This document shows, piece by piece, positions 1 to 10,179 of a stretch of DNA of 64,000 nucleotides. The stretch spans positions 2,816,001-2,880,000 of the forward strand of contig CBDDIJ010000003.1 of the NCBI GenBank assembly GCA_965228855.1. The letters run 5' to 3'. This DNA comes from Candidatus Obscuribacterales bacterium (GTDB lineage: Bacteria > Cyanobacteriota > Vampirovibrionia > Obscuribacterales > Obscuribacteraceae). The notes under the pieces were generated by a model. That model was not told the origin of the DNA. It worked only from the letters and a program-made list of their open reading frames with translations, and did not search any database. Position 1 is the stretch's first letter; every line of letters starts with the position of its first letter. The translations under genes were made by a program, and so were the position numbers.

Positions 1-879
1 GGTGGCAGCGTCACCGCTCTCATCATCGGCGAAAACGTCAAAGGTTTGACAGCCGAAGTAGGCAAGTACAATCCAACAAAAATTCTGGTTGCGGACGGCG
101 CCGAATTCGGCTCCTACTCAGCAGAAGCTTACACCGAAGCATTGGCCGAGGCTGTTAAGAAAACCGACCCGCGTTTCGTCTTCGCGGCGCAAACCGCAAT
201 GGCAAGAGATTTCCTCCCGCGCGCAGCAGCACGTTGCGACGCACCGGTGATCTCTGACGTCATGAGCTTTATCGTTGATGGCGACAAACTCGGACCGGTC
301 CGTCCAATGTACTCGGGCAAGTGCTTCGGGCAATACGAAATCAATAGCCCGCTCGCTTTCATCACAGTTCGCCCTAACGTATTCCCAGTCTCCGCGCCTG
401 ACGCCTCAGCCGCACCAGCCGTCGAAGACCTGGCAATCAAGCCGGAAAACATCAGAGCGAAAGTTGTCGAAACCCACAAATCCGAAGGTTCCAAAATCGA
501 ACTCAGCGAAGCTTCGATTGTCGTCGCAGGCGGTCGTGGCATCAAAGGTCCGGAAAACTGGGGCGTGCTCGAAGAGCTCTGCGACGCTCTCGGCGCAGCG
601 CTAGCAGCATCGCGTGCGGTAGTTGACGCAGGATGGATCGACCACCAACATCAGGTCGGACAAACAGGTAAGGTCGTAAGCCCGCAACTCTACATCGCTT
701 GCGGAATCTCCGGCGCGATTCAACACCTCGCCGGTATGTCTTCATCCAAAGTAATTGTCGCAATCAACAAAGATGCTGAAGCTCCGATCTTCAAACACGC
801 CACCTACGGTGTGGTTGGTGATATCTTCGAGGTTGTGCCGAAACTCACAGCCGAGATCAAGAACCTCCAGAACAACTAA
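1..879 (+). CDS. etfA: Electron transfer flavoprotein alpha subunit (5' end outside window)
   Basis: Frame is open from base 1. C-terminal FAD domain motifs LSEASIVVAGGRG, ASRAVVDAGW, QVGQTGKVV, YIACGISGAIQHLAGM, AINKD..APIF. Confidence 0.96.
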   Translation, partial: GGSVTALIIGENVKGLTAEVGKYNPTKILVADGAEFGSYSAEAYTEALAEAVKKTDPRFVFAAQTAMARDFLPRAAARCDAPVISDVMSFIVDGDKLGPVRPMYSGKCFGQYEINSPLAFITVRPNVFPVSAPDASAAPAVEDLAIKPENIRAKVVETHKSEGSKIELSEASIVVAGGRGIKGPENWGVLEELCDALGAALAASRAVVDAGWIDHQHQVGQTGKVVSPQLYIACGISGAIQHLAGMSSSKVIVAINKDAEAPIFKHATYGVVGDIFEVVPKLTAEIKNLQNN

Positions 880-952
880 CTCGCAACTGTTTAAAACGTG
901 AGGCTGTCTCGACAGCAACGTTGGAACAAAAACGCGAAAGTCAAAATGCAAG

Positions 953-979
953 AAGGGTCGAGAATGTCTCGACCCTTTT
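953..979. terminator. Probable bidirectional intrinsic terminator
   Basis: Perfect 11-bp stem AAGGGTCGAGA-ATG-TCTCGACCCTT followed by TT, between convergent genes. Confidence 0.75.
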
Positions 980-1058
980 CGCTCACTCACGAAAAATTAT
1001 TAGTGGAAACCGTTTCGAAGACTGGAAATAGCTATCTGAAAACAGTTTCGCCGAATAC

Positions 1059-1739
1059 CTAGAACGCGCTGCGGCGAGGCATTTGACGCTCCTGCCGATG
1101 GTCAGTGCGATCTCTCGGCATGCGTTGAATATCATCAACACGGCTTCCACCAGCCTGCCCGGTTCTGCTCACGGAATCGGTTTTGTCTTTCGTGTCGCCG
1201 CTTACTTTCGGTTCGATCTTGGCTTTCTCGTCAGCTTTCTTCTCTGCCGCTTTGTCCTTAGCCTTCTCGTTCTCTAAATCTTTGTCTTTGCTTTTGTCCT
1301 TGTCTTTGTCTTTGACACTCTCGTTCTTATCCTTGCCTTCGTTCTTATCCTTCTCTTCGTTTTTATCCTTACCTTCGCTCTTATCCTTCTCTTCGTTCTT
1401 ATCCTTACCTTCGCACTTATCCTTACTCAGTTCTTTCTCAACGATGCTGTTCTTGTCCTTGCCGTCAGCCTTTTCTGCGGACTTCAGGTCGATGAACTTA
1501 CCGTCGGCGCTCTTACCGTCCTTGTTACTAACATCACGACTGTCCAAACTGACCTTCAAATCCGTCTTGAAGATGTTGTCAAATTCTAGGCTATCAGTGT
1601 TGCGCCCGTTGTCGCGTGAATCACGATTGGAGGATGCAGAACTATTTTTCGCCATTTCCTCGAACACTTCATTGTGAAGACCGGAGTTGGAGCTCGATGA
1701 CACAGCTTCTTTTTTGTTCTCGAGTTGTTCGATGTTCAT
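1059..1739 (-). CDS. Lys/Asp/Glu-rich low-complexity hypothetical protein
   Basis: Start chosen at MNIEQ because GAGGA lies just upstream. Contains KDK(N/S/C)E(G/E) hexapeptide repeats. Confidence 0.7.
   Translation of the reverse strand: MNIEQLENKKEAVSSSSNSGLHNEVFEEMAKNSSASSNRDSRDNGRNTDSLEFDNIFKTDLKVSLDSRDVSNKDGKSADGKFIDLKSAEKADGKDKNSIVEKELSKDKCEGKDKNEEKDKSEGKDKNEEKDKNEGKDKNESVKDKDKDKSKDKDLENEKAKDKAAEKKADEKAKIEPKVSGDTKDKTDSVSRTGQAGGSRVDDIQRMPRDRTDHRQERQMPRRSAF
1321..1428 (-). repeat. 18-bp coding tandem repeat (KDKxEx, about 6 units)
   Basis: KDKCEG KDKNEE KDKSEG KDKNEE KDKNEG KDKNES; ttatcctt recurs every 18 nt. Confidence 0.8.
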
Positions 1740-1962
1740 TTGGGAAATCCTCATAGAAACGCAATAGGAAAGTGAGCACACCACCTGCGATACCAGTCAC
1801 TTGCTCGGTACTTTGCGGCGCTCGGTGGCGGTTGGTGACTCTATTAACCGCGATCCAATGTGAAAACAATGTGAGCACTCAAATCAGCGCACCTGTTTGC
1901 GTTTCGAGAGAGCGCTACCGGACATTGTTCAAAACGGGATTAGTAAAACCTTGCATTCATCA

Positions 1963-2640
1963 TTACGATTTCGATTGCACCACGTAACCGAAACCGCGAT
2001 TAGTTTTCACAAAATCATCCATGCCAATCTTGGCCAGTTTGAACCGAAGCGTCTTCATACAGGTACGAACCGAATCCTCGGACCCTTCACTCTCGGAAGA
2101 CCAAATGGCAGTCAGCAACTGCTTCGCAGAGTAGTGAGTATCCGGATGCTTCATCATATATTCCAACAGTGAACATTCTGTAGGCATCAATTGAATCTGT
2201 TTTGCACCGGAGTAAACGGTTCGCGTACTAACCTCCAGTTGAACACCATTTACCTGGAGTTTCTCCGACAAAACCGCAGCCGGACGGCGCAGCAAGCTGC
2301 GAACGCGAGCCGCTAGTTCGCGAATCTCGAATGGTTTTATCAGAAAATCATCCGCACCGGAGTCTAAACCAGACTCCTTATAATTGATATCACTCTGAGC
2401 GGTAAGAAACAAAATAGGAGTCTGTCCGCCATTTTTTCTAAACTGCCGACAGACGTCCAGCCCACTCATACCCGGCAAATTCCAGTCGAGCACAATCAGG
2501 TCATAGCTAAAACTGGACAATAGCTGCATGCCGTCTTCGCCTGAGCTTGCCGCTTCGCAAACATAACCTTGCTCGCGAAACCAGGACGTTAATTGATCGG
2601 CAATTGCCGCATCATCCTCAACTATCAATAGTTTTGCCAT
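1963..2640 (-). CDS. OmpR/PhoB-family response regulator
   Basis: Receiver domain (LIVEDD, LDWNLPGMSG, GADDFLIKPF) plus winged helix ending in RGFGY. No adjacent kinase. Confidence 0.95.
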   Translation of the reverse strand: MAKLLIVEDDAAIADQLTSWFREQGYVCEAASSGEDGMQLLSSFSYDLIVLDWNLPGMSGLDVCRQFRKNGGQTPILFLTAQSDINYKESGLDSGADDFLIKPFEIRELAARVRSLLRRPAAVLSEKLQVNGVQLEVSTRTVYSGAKQIQLMPTECSLLEYMMKHPDTHYSAKQLLTAIWSSESEGSEDSVRTCMKTLRFKLAKIGMDDFVKTNRGFGYVVQSKS

Positions 2641-2717
2641 TCGCCAGGGTCCGTGCTAGTTCCGAATAGGCGCTAATTCGACGAGCGCTAGTTTCGAACG
2701 CGTGCCAATTTCGAGTG

Positions 2718-3656
2718 CTATTTACGCTCGCGAACTCGTTTGAGAAACACACCATACTCGCGAATGTAATCGTTTGCATCATAGTATTCAGACGCAAAAA
2801 CTAGCAGCACCGCATCTTCCGAATACTTGTATTGAATTCCCCAGGTCATCGCCGGCAGGAATAATCCGAGGTTTGGTTTATCCAAAAGAAACTGCTCGCG
2901 ACGCTCGCCATCATCAGCAACTACTTGAACCGAGCCCTTCACTGCGATCAAAAACTGGTGGCACGTGATGTGCGCATGTTCGCCGCGCGTTTTCTCAGTC
3001 GGAACATCGTAAACCAAAAAATATCTCTTAGGCGAAAACGGAATGTCGCGCTCGAACTCGCCCACGGACAGGGCGCCGCGCATATCGTTTACCGCTTTGA
3101 AATAATGCAGTTGCACACCCGCGACAGCCGACTTACGAATTCCAAAGTCCGGCGTCGTTGATGTTTCCTTCTCGTCCATCGTGGACGTGTCGGTATCTGC
3201 GTAACCAATAATCTTTGCAGGATTGCCGACGACAATAGCATTCGGCGGGACGGAACGCGTTACAACCGCGCCGGCGCCAATCATGGCGTTGCGCCCGATT
3301 CGAATTCCGGGAAGAATCGTCGCGTTCGCACCGATCGAGGCGCCCTCCTCGACCACGATTCGCAAGAATTCATCAGGATAAACCTTACTGCGCGGTCGCT
3401 TGTCATTGGTGAAAGTGGCGTTCGGTCCAACAAAAACATTGTCCTCGAGCGTTATGCCGTCCCAAATCTGGACGCCACACTTGATAGTGACATTGTTGCC
3501 AAGCTTGACGTCGTTCTCGATAAAAACACCGTCGCAGATGTTGCAGTTGGAGCCGATAACCGCGCCGGGTAAAACGTGAGCAAACGCCCAGACCTTGGTG
3601 TCAGCACCAACGTTTGCGGACTCACAGATCCCCTTTTCATGTACGAAGAAATTCAT
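2718..3656 (-). CDS. wxcM: WxcM-like bifunctional hexapeptide N-acetyltransferase / sugar 3,4-ketoisomerase (FdtA-type cupin)
   Basis: N-terminal LbH repeats ([26 protein letters not shown]). C-terminal cupin [30 protein letters not shown]. Confidence 0.85.
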   Translation of the reverse strand: MNFFVHEKGICESANVGADTKVWAFAHVLPGAVIGSNCNICDGVFIENDVKLGNNVTIKCGVQIWDGITLEDNVFVGPNATFTNDKRPRSKVYPDEFLRIVVEEGASIGANATILPGIRIGRNAMIGAGAVVTRSVPPNAIVVGNPAKIIGYADTDTSTMDEKETSTTPDFGIRKSAVAGVQLHYFKAVNDMRGALSVGEFERDIPFSPKRYFLVYDVPTEKTRGEHAHITCHQFLIAVKGSVQVVADDGERREQFLLDKPNLGLFLPAMTWGIQYKYSEDAVLLVFASEYYDANDYIREYGVFLKRVRERK

Positions 3657-3763
3657 TTGGTTTCACTGCCGATAGGTACCTCCAATAATATACGTCCTTG
3701 AAGACCATTTGTGCGTGCGGTTCAATAAGCGTAAATGATTGAAAAAACGATTCAGTCCTGATT

Positions 3764-3818
3764 AATTCTCCCAAAATGGGAGAAAACCATTGCGAAAATT
3801 CTCCCAAAATGGGAGAAT
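3764..3818 (+). promoter_or_regulatory. Two identical palindromic operators (TTCTCCCA-AAA-TGGGAGAA) over the putative higBA promoter
   Basis: 21-bp direct repeat at 3764-3784 and 3797-3817, each with an 8-bp inverted repeat. TTGCGA(3790)-N17-GAGAAT(3813) overlaps copy 2. Confidence 0.8.
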
Positions 3819-3844
3819 AGATGTTAGTTGGGGCCACAATCCGT

Positions 3845-4153
3845 ATGAAGATCAACCACTGGGGCAGGGCGCGCCAATTCATCAAAGACCACCCTGAAGC
3901 AGCTAACCCTTTGCGAAACTGGAAGAAGTCCGTCGTCGAAGCCACTTGGACCAGCTTTCCAGAAATCAAAGAGACGTTCAACAGTGTCGATTGGTACGGG
4001 GGAGCGATCATCTTTAACATTGCTGGCAACAACCTCCGACTGATTGCTATCTGCCGCTTTGAATTAGGCCGACTGTACATCGACAAAGTATTGACGCATG
4101 AAGAATACGATAAAGGCGCCTGGAGAAAGCGTTACGATAAGAAAAAGAAATAG
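3845..4153 (+). CDS. higB: HigB-family mRNA interferase toxin
   Basis: W.SFPEIKETFNSVD, IFNIAGNNLRLI, VLTHEEYDK pattern; toxin gene precedes antitoxin. Confidence 0.88.
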   Translation: MKINHWGRARQFIKDHPEAANPLRNWKKSVVEATWTSFPEIKETFNSVDWYGGAIIFNIAGNNLRLIAICRFELGRLYIDKVLTHEEYDKGAWRKRYDKKKK

Positions 4154-4165
4154 CGGAGGTGACTA

Positions 4166-4588
4166 ATGAAACTAGTCTACAAGCCCGACAAGAAATACCT
4201 AGACTGCATCAAGCGATTTCCTCTGAAGCCACTGCGTTCAGATGAAGAAAACGAGATGGCCGCCAAAATTTGCGATGAACTCTTGGACAACTTCGATTCT
4301 CTATCGGAGCAAGAGCATGATTATTTTGAGGTTCTATCAAAGCTGGTCGAAGAATACGAATCACAATGGCAAGAAGAGAAGAATGTCGAACCCCGTGAGC
4401 TGATTGTTTTTCTCATGGAGCAAAATAAGCTCACTCAAACCGATTTAATACCGGAGTTTGGTAGTTCTTCTCGCGCTTCCGAATACTTGGCTGGTATGCG
4501 CGATTTATCGCTAAAGCAAATACTCAAACTTGCCAAACGGTTTCAATTATCTCCAACAGCATTCATCAGCAGAGAGCAAATGAAGTGA
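4166..4588 (+). CDS. higA: HigA-family HTH antitoxin
   Basis: PLRSDEE..LSKLVEEYE..LMEQNKLTQTDLIPEFGSSSRASEYLAG.R.LS..QI.KLA.RF; GGAGG RBS. Confidence 0.88.
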   Translation: MKLVYKPDKKYLDCIKRFPLKPLRSDEENEMAAKICDELLDNFDSLSEQEHDYFEVLSKLVEEYESQWQEEKNVEPRELIVFLMEQNKLTQTDLIPEFGSSSRASEYLAGMRDLSLKQILKLAKRFQLSPTAFISREQMK

Positions 4589-4647
4589 ACTCAGAATCGC
4601 GCAAAGCCACTCGTTTTAACACAGGTAATTAAAGAAAGATATCGAGC

Positions 4648-5445
4648 TTAGACATTTGGCTGTACCAGCTTGAACAACTGGTCCTCCGGAAGTTCACTGG
4701 CGTAAACCACATCGATGCCCTGCCTGGAAAACATAACGAGATTGACATTTCCAACGCGTGAAATTGATGGCTGTTTGTCACCGAATCTATGGTTTGGTTC
4801 AAATTTTATAACCCCAGACGGCGCTTCGTAGCAGTCGATACAAATGTCACTGCCATCTTTTTTGAAACACATGCGGACAATTTCTTTGCCGTTCGCTTGA
4901 AGGATTTCAGCACCACCCAGGTTGTATGCAACCAGTTTCGCATCGATCAATGGAAAACCAACCTCGGCTTTTTGAGCCAGTTCTATAGAACGTGAAGAGA
5001 AACTGTCATCGTAGTTCTGCGAGTCCATGCCATGCGAAGTCTTGCTAATTAACTCATCAAGTGTCAAATCTTTGGATGCCTGAAGAGAAACAGTCTCGCC
5101 AGCGACAGTGTTGCGCCCTTGTAATTTCGGATTGGTCAAGAACGCGACGACAAGCACCAGAGGCAGAATGCATGCAACTGCAAGAAGCCACATATTTTTC
5201 CCGACAACGCTCTTTTCTTTTTCGACAAGATCAAGATTGAGTTTAATTTTCGATTCCAGATCCGTAGTTGGAGGAAACGTTTTGACAATATCTTTCACCC
5301 CTGAGCGAACAAGCAAGGCGCTATTCCAAATGCTTGAACAGCTTGTGCACTCACCGATGTGGCTGTTAAATAGAGCCGTTTGTTCAACAGTAAGTTCGTT
5401 GTCGAGCGCAGGCGAACAAAGCGCACGAGCCTCATCACAATTCAT
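4648..5445 (-). CDS. Membrane-anchored zinc-binding anti-sigma factor (ZAS, zf-HC2)
   Basis: MNC...LDNEL...HIGECTSC (HxxxCxxC), then one TM helix and an extracytoplasmic domain. Overlaps the sigma gene. Confidence 0.88.
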   Translation of the reverse strand: MNCDEARALCSPALDNELTVEQTALFNSHIGECTSCSSIWNSALLVRSGVKDIVKTFPPTTDLESKIKLNLDLVEKEKSVVGKNMWLLAVACILPLVLVVAFLTNPKLQGRNTVAGETVSLQASKDLTLDELISKTSHGMDSQNYDDSFSSRSIELAQKAEVGFPLIDAKLVAYNLGGAEILQANGKEIVRMCFKKDGSDICIDCYEAPSGVIKFEPNHRFGDKQPSISRVGNVNLVMFSRQGIDVVYASELPEDQLFKLVQPNV

Positions 5446-6031
5446 TCGTTTGCTCCCCTCTGGGTAGGTTTTTACTCCGCGCGGACTCGGGAATTTCCTG
5501 TGCCGTCAAAAACTCGGCTAACGCTCTTCGGGCTCGATACAGCCGAGACATTACTGTTCCGATTGGTACACCTAATAGATCGGCGATATCTTGATATTTC
5601 ATATCACTGACTTCACGCATCACAAATGGTGTCGCAAACTGATCGGGTAATGATGCGATGGCGGCAGCAAGCAGATCGAGAGTGAAGTTCTGCGAAACCA
5701 ACTCGTCAGGACCTATTTGCTCATCGATCAAGCTTTCGACGAGACCGTCGTCTCCATCGAGAGTTAACAACGTTGGTCTTCCCTGCATGCTACTGACCCG
5801 ATCCTTGATTGTATTCAGAAGTATTGTGTAGAGCCACGAGCGCTCATTGGTTTCTTCCTTATACGAATCGATCGATCTGAATGCCTTCATGAACGTCTGT
5901 TGAACAACGTCTTCCGAGTCTTCATGACTGTTTAAACGAACTCGTGCGTATTTGTAAAACTCGCTCGAATATTTGCTGACCCAGAGACCAACCTTATCCT
6001 TTTTCGACTTCGTTCTTCGCCAGATATTCAT
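5435..6031 (-). CDS. ECF RNA polymerase sigma-70 factor
   Basis: Region 2 DSEDVVQQTFMKAF..WLYTIL.N; region 4 YQDIADLLGVPIGTVMSRLYRAR. Confidence 0.95.
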   Translation of the reverse strand: MNIWRRTKSKKDKVGLWVSKYSSEFYKYARVRLNSHEDSEDVVQQTFMKAFRSIDSYKEETNERSWLYTILLNTIKDRVSSMQGRPTLLTLDGDDGLVESLIDEQIGPDELVSQNFTLDLLAAAIASLPDQFATPFVMREVSDMKYQDIADLLGVPIGTVMSRLYRARRALAEFLTAQEIPESARSKNLPRGEQTNEL

Positions 6032-6046
6032 AGGATGACGCCGGTA

Positions 6047-7138
6047 CTATTTGAACGTCACGTGACAGCCTGTATTCCCGTGCTTGGCGAAATAGTCCTG
6101 GTGATATTCTTCCGCGGTATAAAACTTGTTGAATGGTTCCAGTGATGTGACGATTTTTCCGTTCACCTTTCCGGAGACTTGGTACTCAGCAATCTCTTTT
6201 TCTGCTTCTGCTTTTTCCTCTGGAGTTGAGTAGAAAATTGCCGACCTGTATTGATCGCCAATGTCGGGTCCCTGACGATTGACCGTTGTAGGGTCGTGCA
6301 GTTTCAAGAAATCAGTAACCAGCTGGTTGTAGGTGATCAATTTCGGGTCGAACACTACACGCACTGTTTCTGCGTGTCCTGTCCCGTGTTCGCATACTTG
6401 TGGATATGTTGGATTCTCTGTCTTTCCACCGGTGTAACCAACAGTGGTGCTCGCCACTCCGGCGGTTCCTTTCAAGATGTCCTCGACTCCCCAGAAGCAT
6501 CCTGCCGCGAAGTATGCTACGTCCTTGCCATTTTTTCTAACCTTATCATCGTCTGCGACTGTGTAAAACGGTTTATCAGCTTCTGCTGCGGTGTTAGGCT
6601 TCGCGGATGAACTCGCGACTGTTCCTTGCTTCTGATCAAAAGATAGAGAAGCTGAATTGATGCAAAAGCGCTTCCCAGTTGTTTTGGGTCCGTCGTCGAA
6701 AACATGTCCAAGGTGCGCTTCACACTTCGAGCAAACCACCTCATCGCGTTGCATGCCGTAACTGTTATCGGAGGCGACTTTGACGCTGCCTTTGTCTACT
6801 GGTCGGTCAAAACTTGGCCATCCCGTTCCAGAATCGAATTTATTGTCTGAAACAAACAACGGCTGACCGCAGTTAACACATTTGTACTCTCCAGCAGCGT
6901 GGTTGTCCCAATACTCTCCCGTGAAGGCGCGCTCGGTGCCTTTCTCTCGAGTGACGTGATACTGCAATGGTGTCAGCTTCTTTCTCAATTCCTCAGCAGG
7001 TATCTCGCTTATCTTTTTCGTCATGTTGTCCTTCTTCTCTGAAACAGGTTGGGGCTGCTGCGCGTTGGTGCTGGAGCATGAACTCAAAAAGATCAAGCAA
7101 ATGAGACTTGCAGCAAATGTATATTGACTTTTAGGCAT
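6047..7138 (-). CDS. msrAB: Exported bifunctional methionine sulfoxide reductase, MsrB-MsrA fusion (probable lipoprotein)
   Basis: MsrB motifs [32 protein letters not shown]; MsrA motifs [26 protein letters not shown]. Lipobox-like LSSC after MPKSQ (start 7138 chosen). Confidence 0.93.
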   Translation of the reverse strand: MPKSQYTFAASLICLIFLSSCSSTNAQQPQPVSEKKDNMTKKISEIPAEELRKKLTPLQYHVTREKGTERAFTGEYWDNHAAGEYKCVNCGQPLFVSDNKFDSGTGWPSFDRPVDKGSVKVASDNSYGMQRDEVVCSKCEAHLGHVFDDGPKTTGKRFCINSASLSFDQKQGTVASSSAKPNTAAEADKPFYTVADDDKVRKNGKDVAYFAAGCFWGVEDILKGTAGVASTTVGYTGGKTENPTYPQVCEHGTGHAETVRVVFDPKLITYNQLVTDFLKLHDPTTVNRQGPDIGDQYRSAIFYSTPEEKAEAEKEIAEYQVSGKVNGKIVTSLEPFNKFYTAEEYHQDYFAKHGNTGCHVTFK

Positions 7139-7174
7139 CGGAGAATTCTTCCCTCGGCAGTGTTCGAGAGCTAA

Positions 7175-7200
7175 TACCGGTGGGGTTCTGGTTTTATTCC
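7175..7200 (-). promoter_or_regulatory. Putative ECF promoter GGAAT-N18-GTA
   Basis: Minus strand reads GGAAT aaaaccagaaccccaccg GTA TT, resembling the SigR/SigH-type GGAAT-N18-GTT consensus, just upstream of msrAB. Confidence 0.55.
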
Positions 7201-7334
7201 CGGTCAAATATTAATTCTTAAAACCGCAGACAAGTCAGTTCGCCAAAACGCTTTCCCGACCCGACCTGTATTTTAAACCGGAAGTCACCACCCATGGAGC
7301 TACAGTTCACTCAATTCGACACCGTTTTACTTTT

Positions 7335-7949
7335 TCACCATGAGTAAATTTCCACATCCTCTCGTACTTGCAAATCGGGGCCTTCGTCAAACTCGATGTC
7401 CGCGTAAATCTCATTCATCGTTATCGTGACCGTGTCATCTTGTAAGTCCAGCTCAAGAGATTCGCCGCTACCAATCACTTGAACGGTCCATTCATCATCG
7501 ACCTTTCGAAATATTTCCAGTAGTTTTCTCGTTTGGTGAACGATCACGTAATGCGTTACCGAAACCACATGCCTATATGCGACGAGCTTTTCACGTCGTT
7601 CTGTTGATGCTGTGGAACGAGAAAGTACTTCGAATATTACCGTTGGTGTTTTCGTATAAACGCTCTTCTTATCAAATGCGCCACAGTCGATCATCAAATC
7701 CGGATAGTAGAAACAGTTCAAATCTTCGATGCGAACCTTCATATCTGAAATGTAGACGGTGCATCCCTTTCCCTGAAGTTTAGCGCGGAGAGACGTGGCA
7801 ATATTTAAAGCGATTACGTTGTGGGCTGCAGAGCCTCCGGTCATCGCGAAAACTTGCCCATCGACATATTCGTGTCTCTGCTTTTCCGCCGCTTCAAAGA
7901 TCAGGTATTGCTCAGGCGTGAGGTTCGATAGCTTTTGCTGCTTTCCCAC
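7335..7949 (-). CDS. Uma2 family (DUF820) PD-(D/E)xK putative endonuclease
   Basis: HEYVDGQVFAMTGGSAAHN, YYPDLM, EVLSRST..R.EK..Y. GTG start with GAGGA RBS. Confidence 0.9.
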   Translation of the reverse strand: MGKQQKLSNLTPEQYLIFEAAEKQRHEYVDGQVFAMTGGSAAHNVIALNIATSLRAKLQGKGCTVYISDMKVRIEDLNCFYYPDLMIDCGAFDKKSVYTKTPTVIFEVLSRSTASTERREKLVAYRHVVSVTHYVIVHQTRKLLEIFRKVDDEWTVQVIGSGESLELDLQDDTVTITMNEIYADIEFDEGPDLQVREDVEIYSW

Positions 7950-8025
7950 GGCACATTCCTCTTCGATCACCGATGAGTAAATTATACGGTGAACCGATCC
8001 AAATTTTGAGCTTAGCTATTTCGAT

Positions 8026-9054
8026 TTGAGTAATTGTTCTAGCCCAATTTTGAGGAACAAGGAGTTTATCGAAACAGAGATTCACCAGCCTGAACCTGGG
8101 CAGCGATTCTATCGTCATGAAGATATTGCGGGATTTGCAATCAGAGCGACGCGCAAGTCGAAAGCCTATATCCTTGAAAAACGTGTAGGCGGCTCGACCA
8201 GAAGAATGACAATTGGAAAGTGCAGCGAAATGTCGCTAGAGTCGGCACGAAAGCAGGCTTGCATAATGCTGGGAGAGATCGAAAATGGCAACGATCCACG
8301 AACCGGCAAACGCATCAACACGCTGAGCGATATCACGCTGAGAGAAGTGCTCCAAAAGTTTTTGGAGATCAAACCAATTCGACAGGCTACAAAACAGAAC
8401 TATGTTTCGGCGATCAATTGTCATTTCCAAGACTGGCTCGACAAGCCAATAACATCGCTCACCAAAGACATGGTGGAACAACGTCATCAGGATCTCACCA
8501 TCGCACCTAACCGATTGGGACAATTGAATTGGAGTTTTGTAGATTTCGAGAATAAAATCCTGAACGTTCCTCGTGAACTTACAAAGTGTGATCGCGAGCA
8601 TCGACTGCCGCTCAGCGATTTTCTGCTCGGGCTGCTGAAGAGGCGTTATATGTTTGCGAACAATTCCCAATGGGTCTTTCCATCGGTACGAAACAGCTAC
8701 AACTGCATCAGCTCTGGCTCCGGGCTTGTGCGCAGAGTGCGAGCAAAGAGCGGCATTAAATTCTCGATGCACGATCTACGCCGAACGTTTCTGACGATGG
8801 GCGAGAAGTTAGAAGTGCCACCATATGTTTTGAAGAAACTGGTCAACCACAGCGTAAATGACATAACGGGGCGATACCTTGTTCTGGACATTGAACGTCT
8901 GCGACAACACATGTCATTGATCACCGACGGATTTCTCAAACTTCTTAATGTCCAGGACGGTGAAGTGATCGATTGCCACCTTCAAGGCGAATGCGACTTT
9001 GCGGAGGTTACCCAGCTTCGCATCACGTTCGAGGATGATCTTCTCCCAGTGTAG
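8026..9054 (+). pseudogene. Tyrosine integrase with arm-binding domain, internally deleted in frame
   Basis: Arm domain (GFAIRAT..KAYILEKR..RRMTIG) and C-terminal HDLRRT, VNH and Tyr are present. The sequence jumps from APNRLG to QLNW, so the rest of the core-binding domain and the TGxR box are missing. Confidence 0.72.
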
Positions 9055-9419
9055 GCAGAAAATGCGCATACAAAACTTCTACAGCCTCAACCTCGATGTG
9101 CACGCTCAGCTTCCGGCTTCACCAAATATGGTGGCAGTCGGATCTACAAATCGACTACACAGCGGTGCCGAATACGGTGGCGCCGTTATTGTCTTAGTTC
9201 TAATACTATTATCAACACTAAATCCGGACAGAAATGATTTTGTCCAGCATGTGCGGCCGGTCACGACAGCGCAACTTCGCTAGTTTTAAGCACTCGTTCA
9301 GATAAATTGCCATGGCCCACCGCTGCTTTGGAGTCACGTTGCAGTCACTTGGGGTCTATATTAAGAGCGTTCAGACAATATCTCACGGGAAGCAAAATTA
9401 CCGAACGCTTATCCACTTT

Positions 9420-9752
9420 TCAATGAAAGTGGCTCATGCTGACATAAGTCACCTTCTCATTACAAAGATAAACTCTTGCATCCTGGTAGAACCAAATCTG
9501 ATCAGTCTTGGGTGCACCTATGAGGCTACTGTCGATTGGAAGTGTTTCTTGCGGAGGCCCAAGAAGTGCCCTGACCTGTTGGGCAGGACTGCCGGTTGGA
9601 ACCAATATGTGAATCGCATGGCAAGCACTACAGCCGTAGTCGAAGTTGCAGGAAGGCACCAAACTTAGTACCACGCCAAGCCAAAATAGTCGATGAGCCC
9701 AGGCTATGCCGACCACAAAAGCGGACATCAATAGAATTAAATGAATCCGCAT
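9420..9752 (-). CDS. Small membrane/exported protein with SmpA/BamE-like motif
   Basis: Hydrophobic N-terminus, then GSPAQQVRALLGPP...IWFY...VYL.NEKV. Confidence 0.5.
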   Translation of the reverse strand: MRIHLILLMSAFVVGIAWAHRLFWLGVVLSLVPSCNFDYGCSACHAIHILVPTGSPAQQVRALLGPPQETLPIDSSLIGAPKTDQIWFYQDARVYLCNEKVTYVSMSHFH

Positions 9753-10179
9753 CCCTATCTCGCTTCGGCGCCGTCACGCATTACTTAGAATCTTATATCT
9801 TCGTAGACTTGGATACAATCGTAAAATCACCGGTGATTACGAGAGAACTGATGCGACGCCCTGGTCGCATATCTTGCCGCTGCGCGATAGTCCGCGAAAA
9901 GGCGTCCAAAGTGCACCGAATATGGTGTAAGCATTCCGACACCAGAGTGGTAATGCTGACGGGCACTTAAAGTCGAAAACGAAAAAGGCTCTTAATGATC
10001 TAACAGCAAAGTGGAATAATCAAATTGTCTCACAGACACAAAGAGGAGCATAAGGGTTGGAACACTGAGCCGCCAGTCGCCACGAAAGAGATCGGTTCTC
10101 TGACGTTGTTCGATCCAACCTCGCGAAATCTCAATGCTGCTCACCAATTCTATGTTCTGAACTTGTGCCAGCTGGAGTG

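Noticed and set aside
1183..1677. 164-aa Ser/Leu/Phe-rich plus-strand ORF
   Set aside because: Antisense mirror of the Lys/Asp/Glu repeat gene.
3764..3817. Possible mini-CRISPR (two palindromic repeats)
   Set aside because: Only two copies, 12-nt spacer, no cas genes; position fits TA operators.
3637..4086. 149-aa minus-strand ORF with repeated SPILGE
   Set aside because: Antisense to higB; the peptide repeat is only the translated operator pair.
7208..9420. tRNA or att site for the integrase
   Set aside because: No cloverleaf, T-loop motif or flanking direct repeat could be identified.
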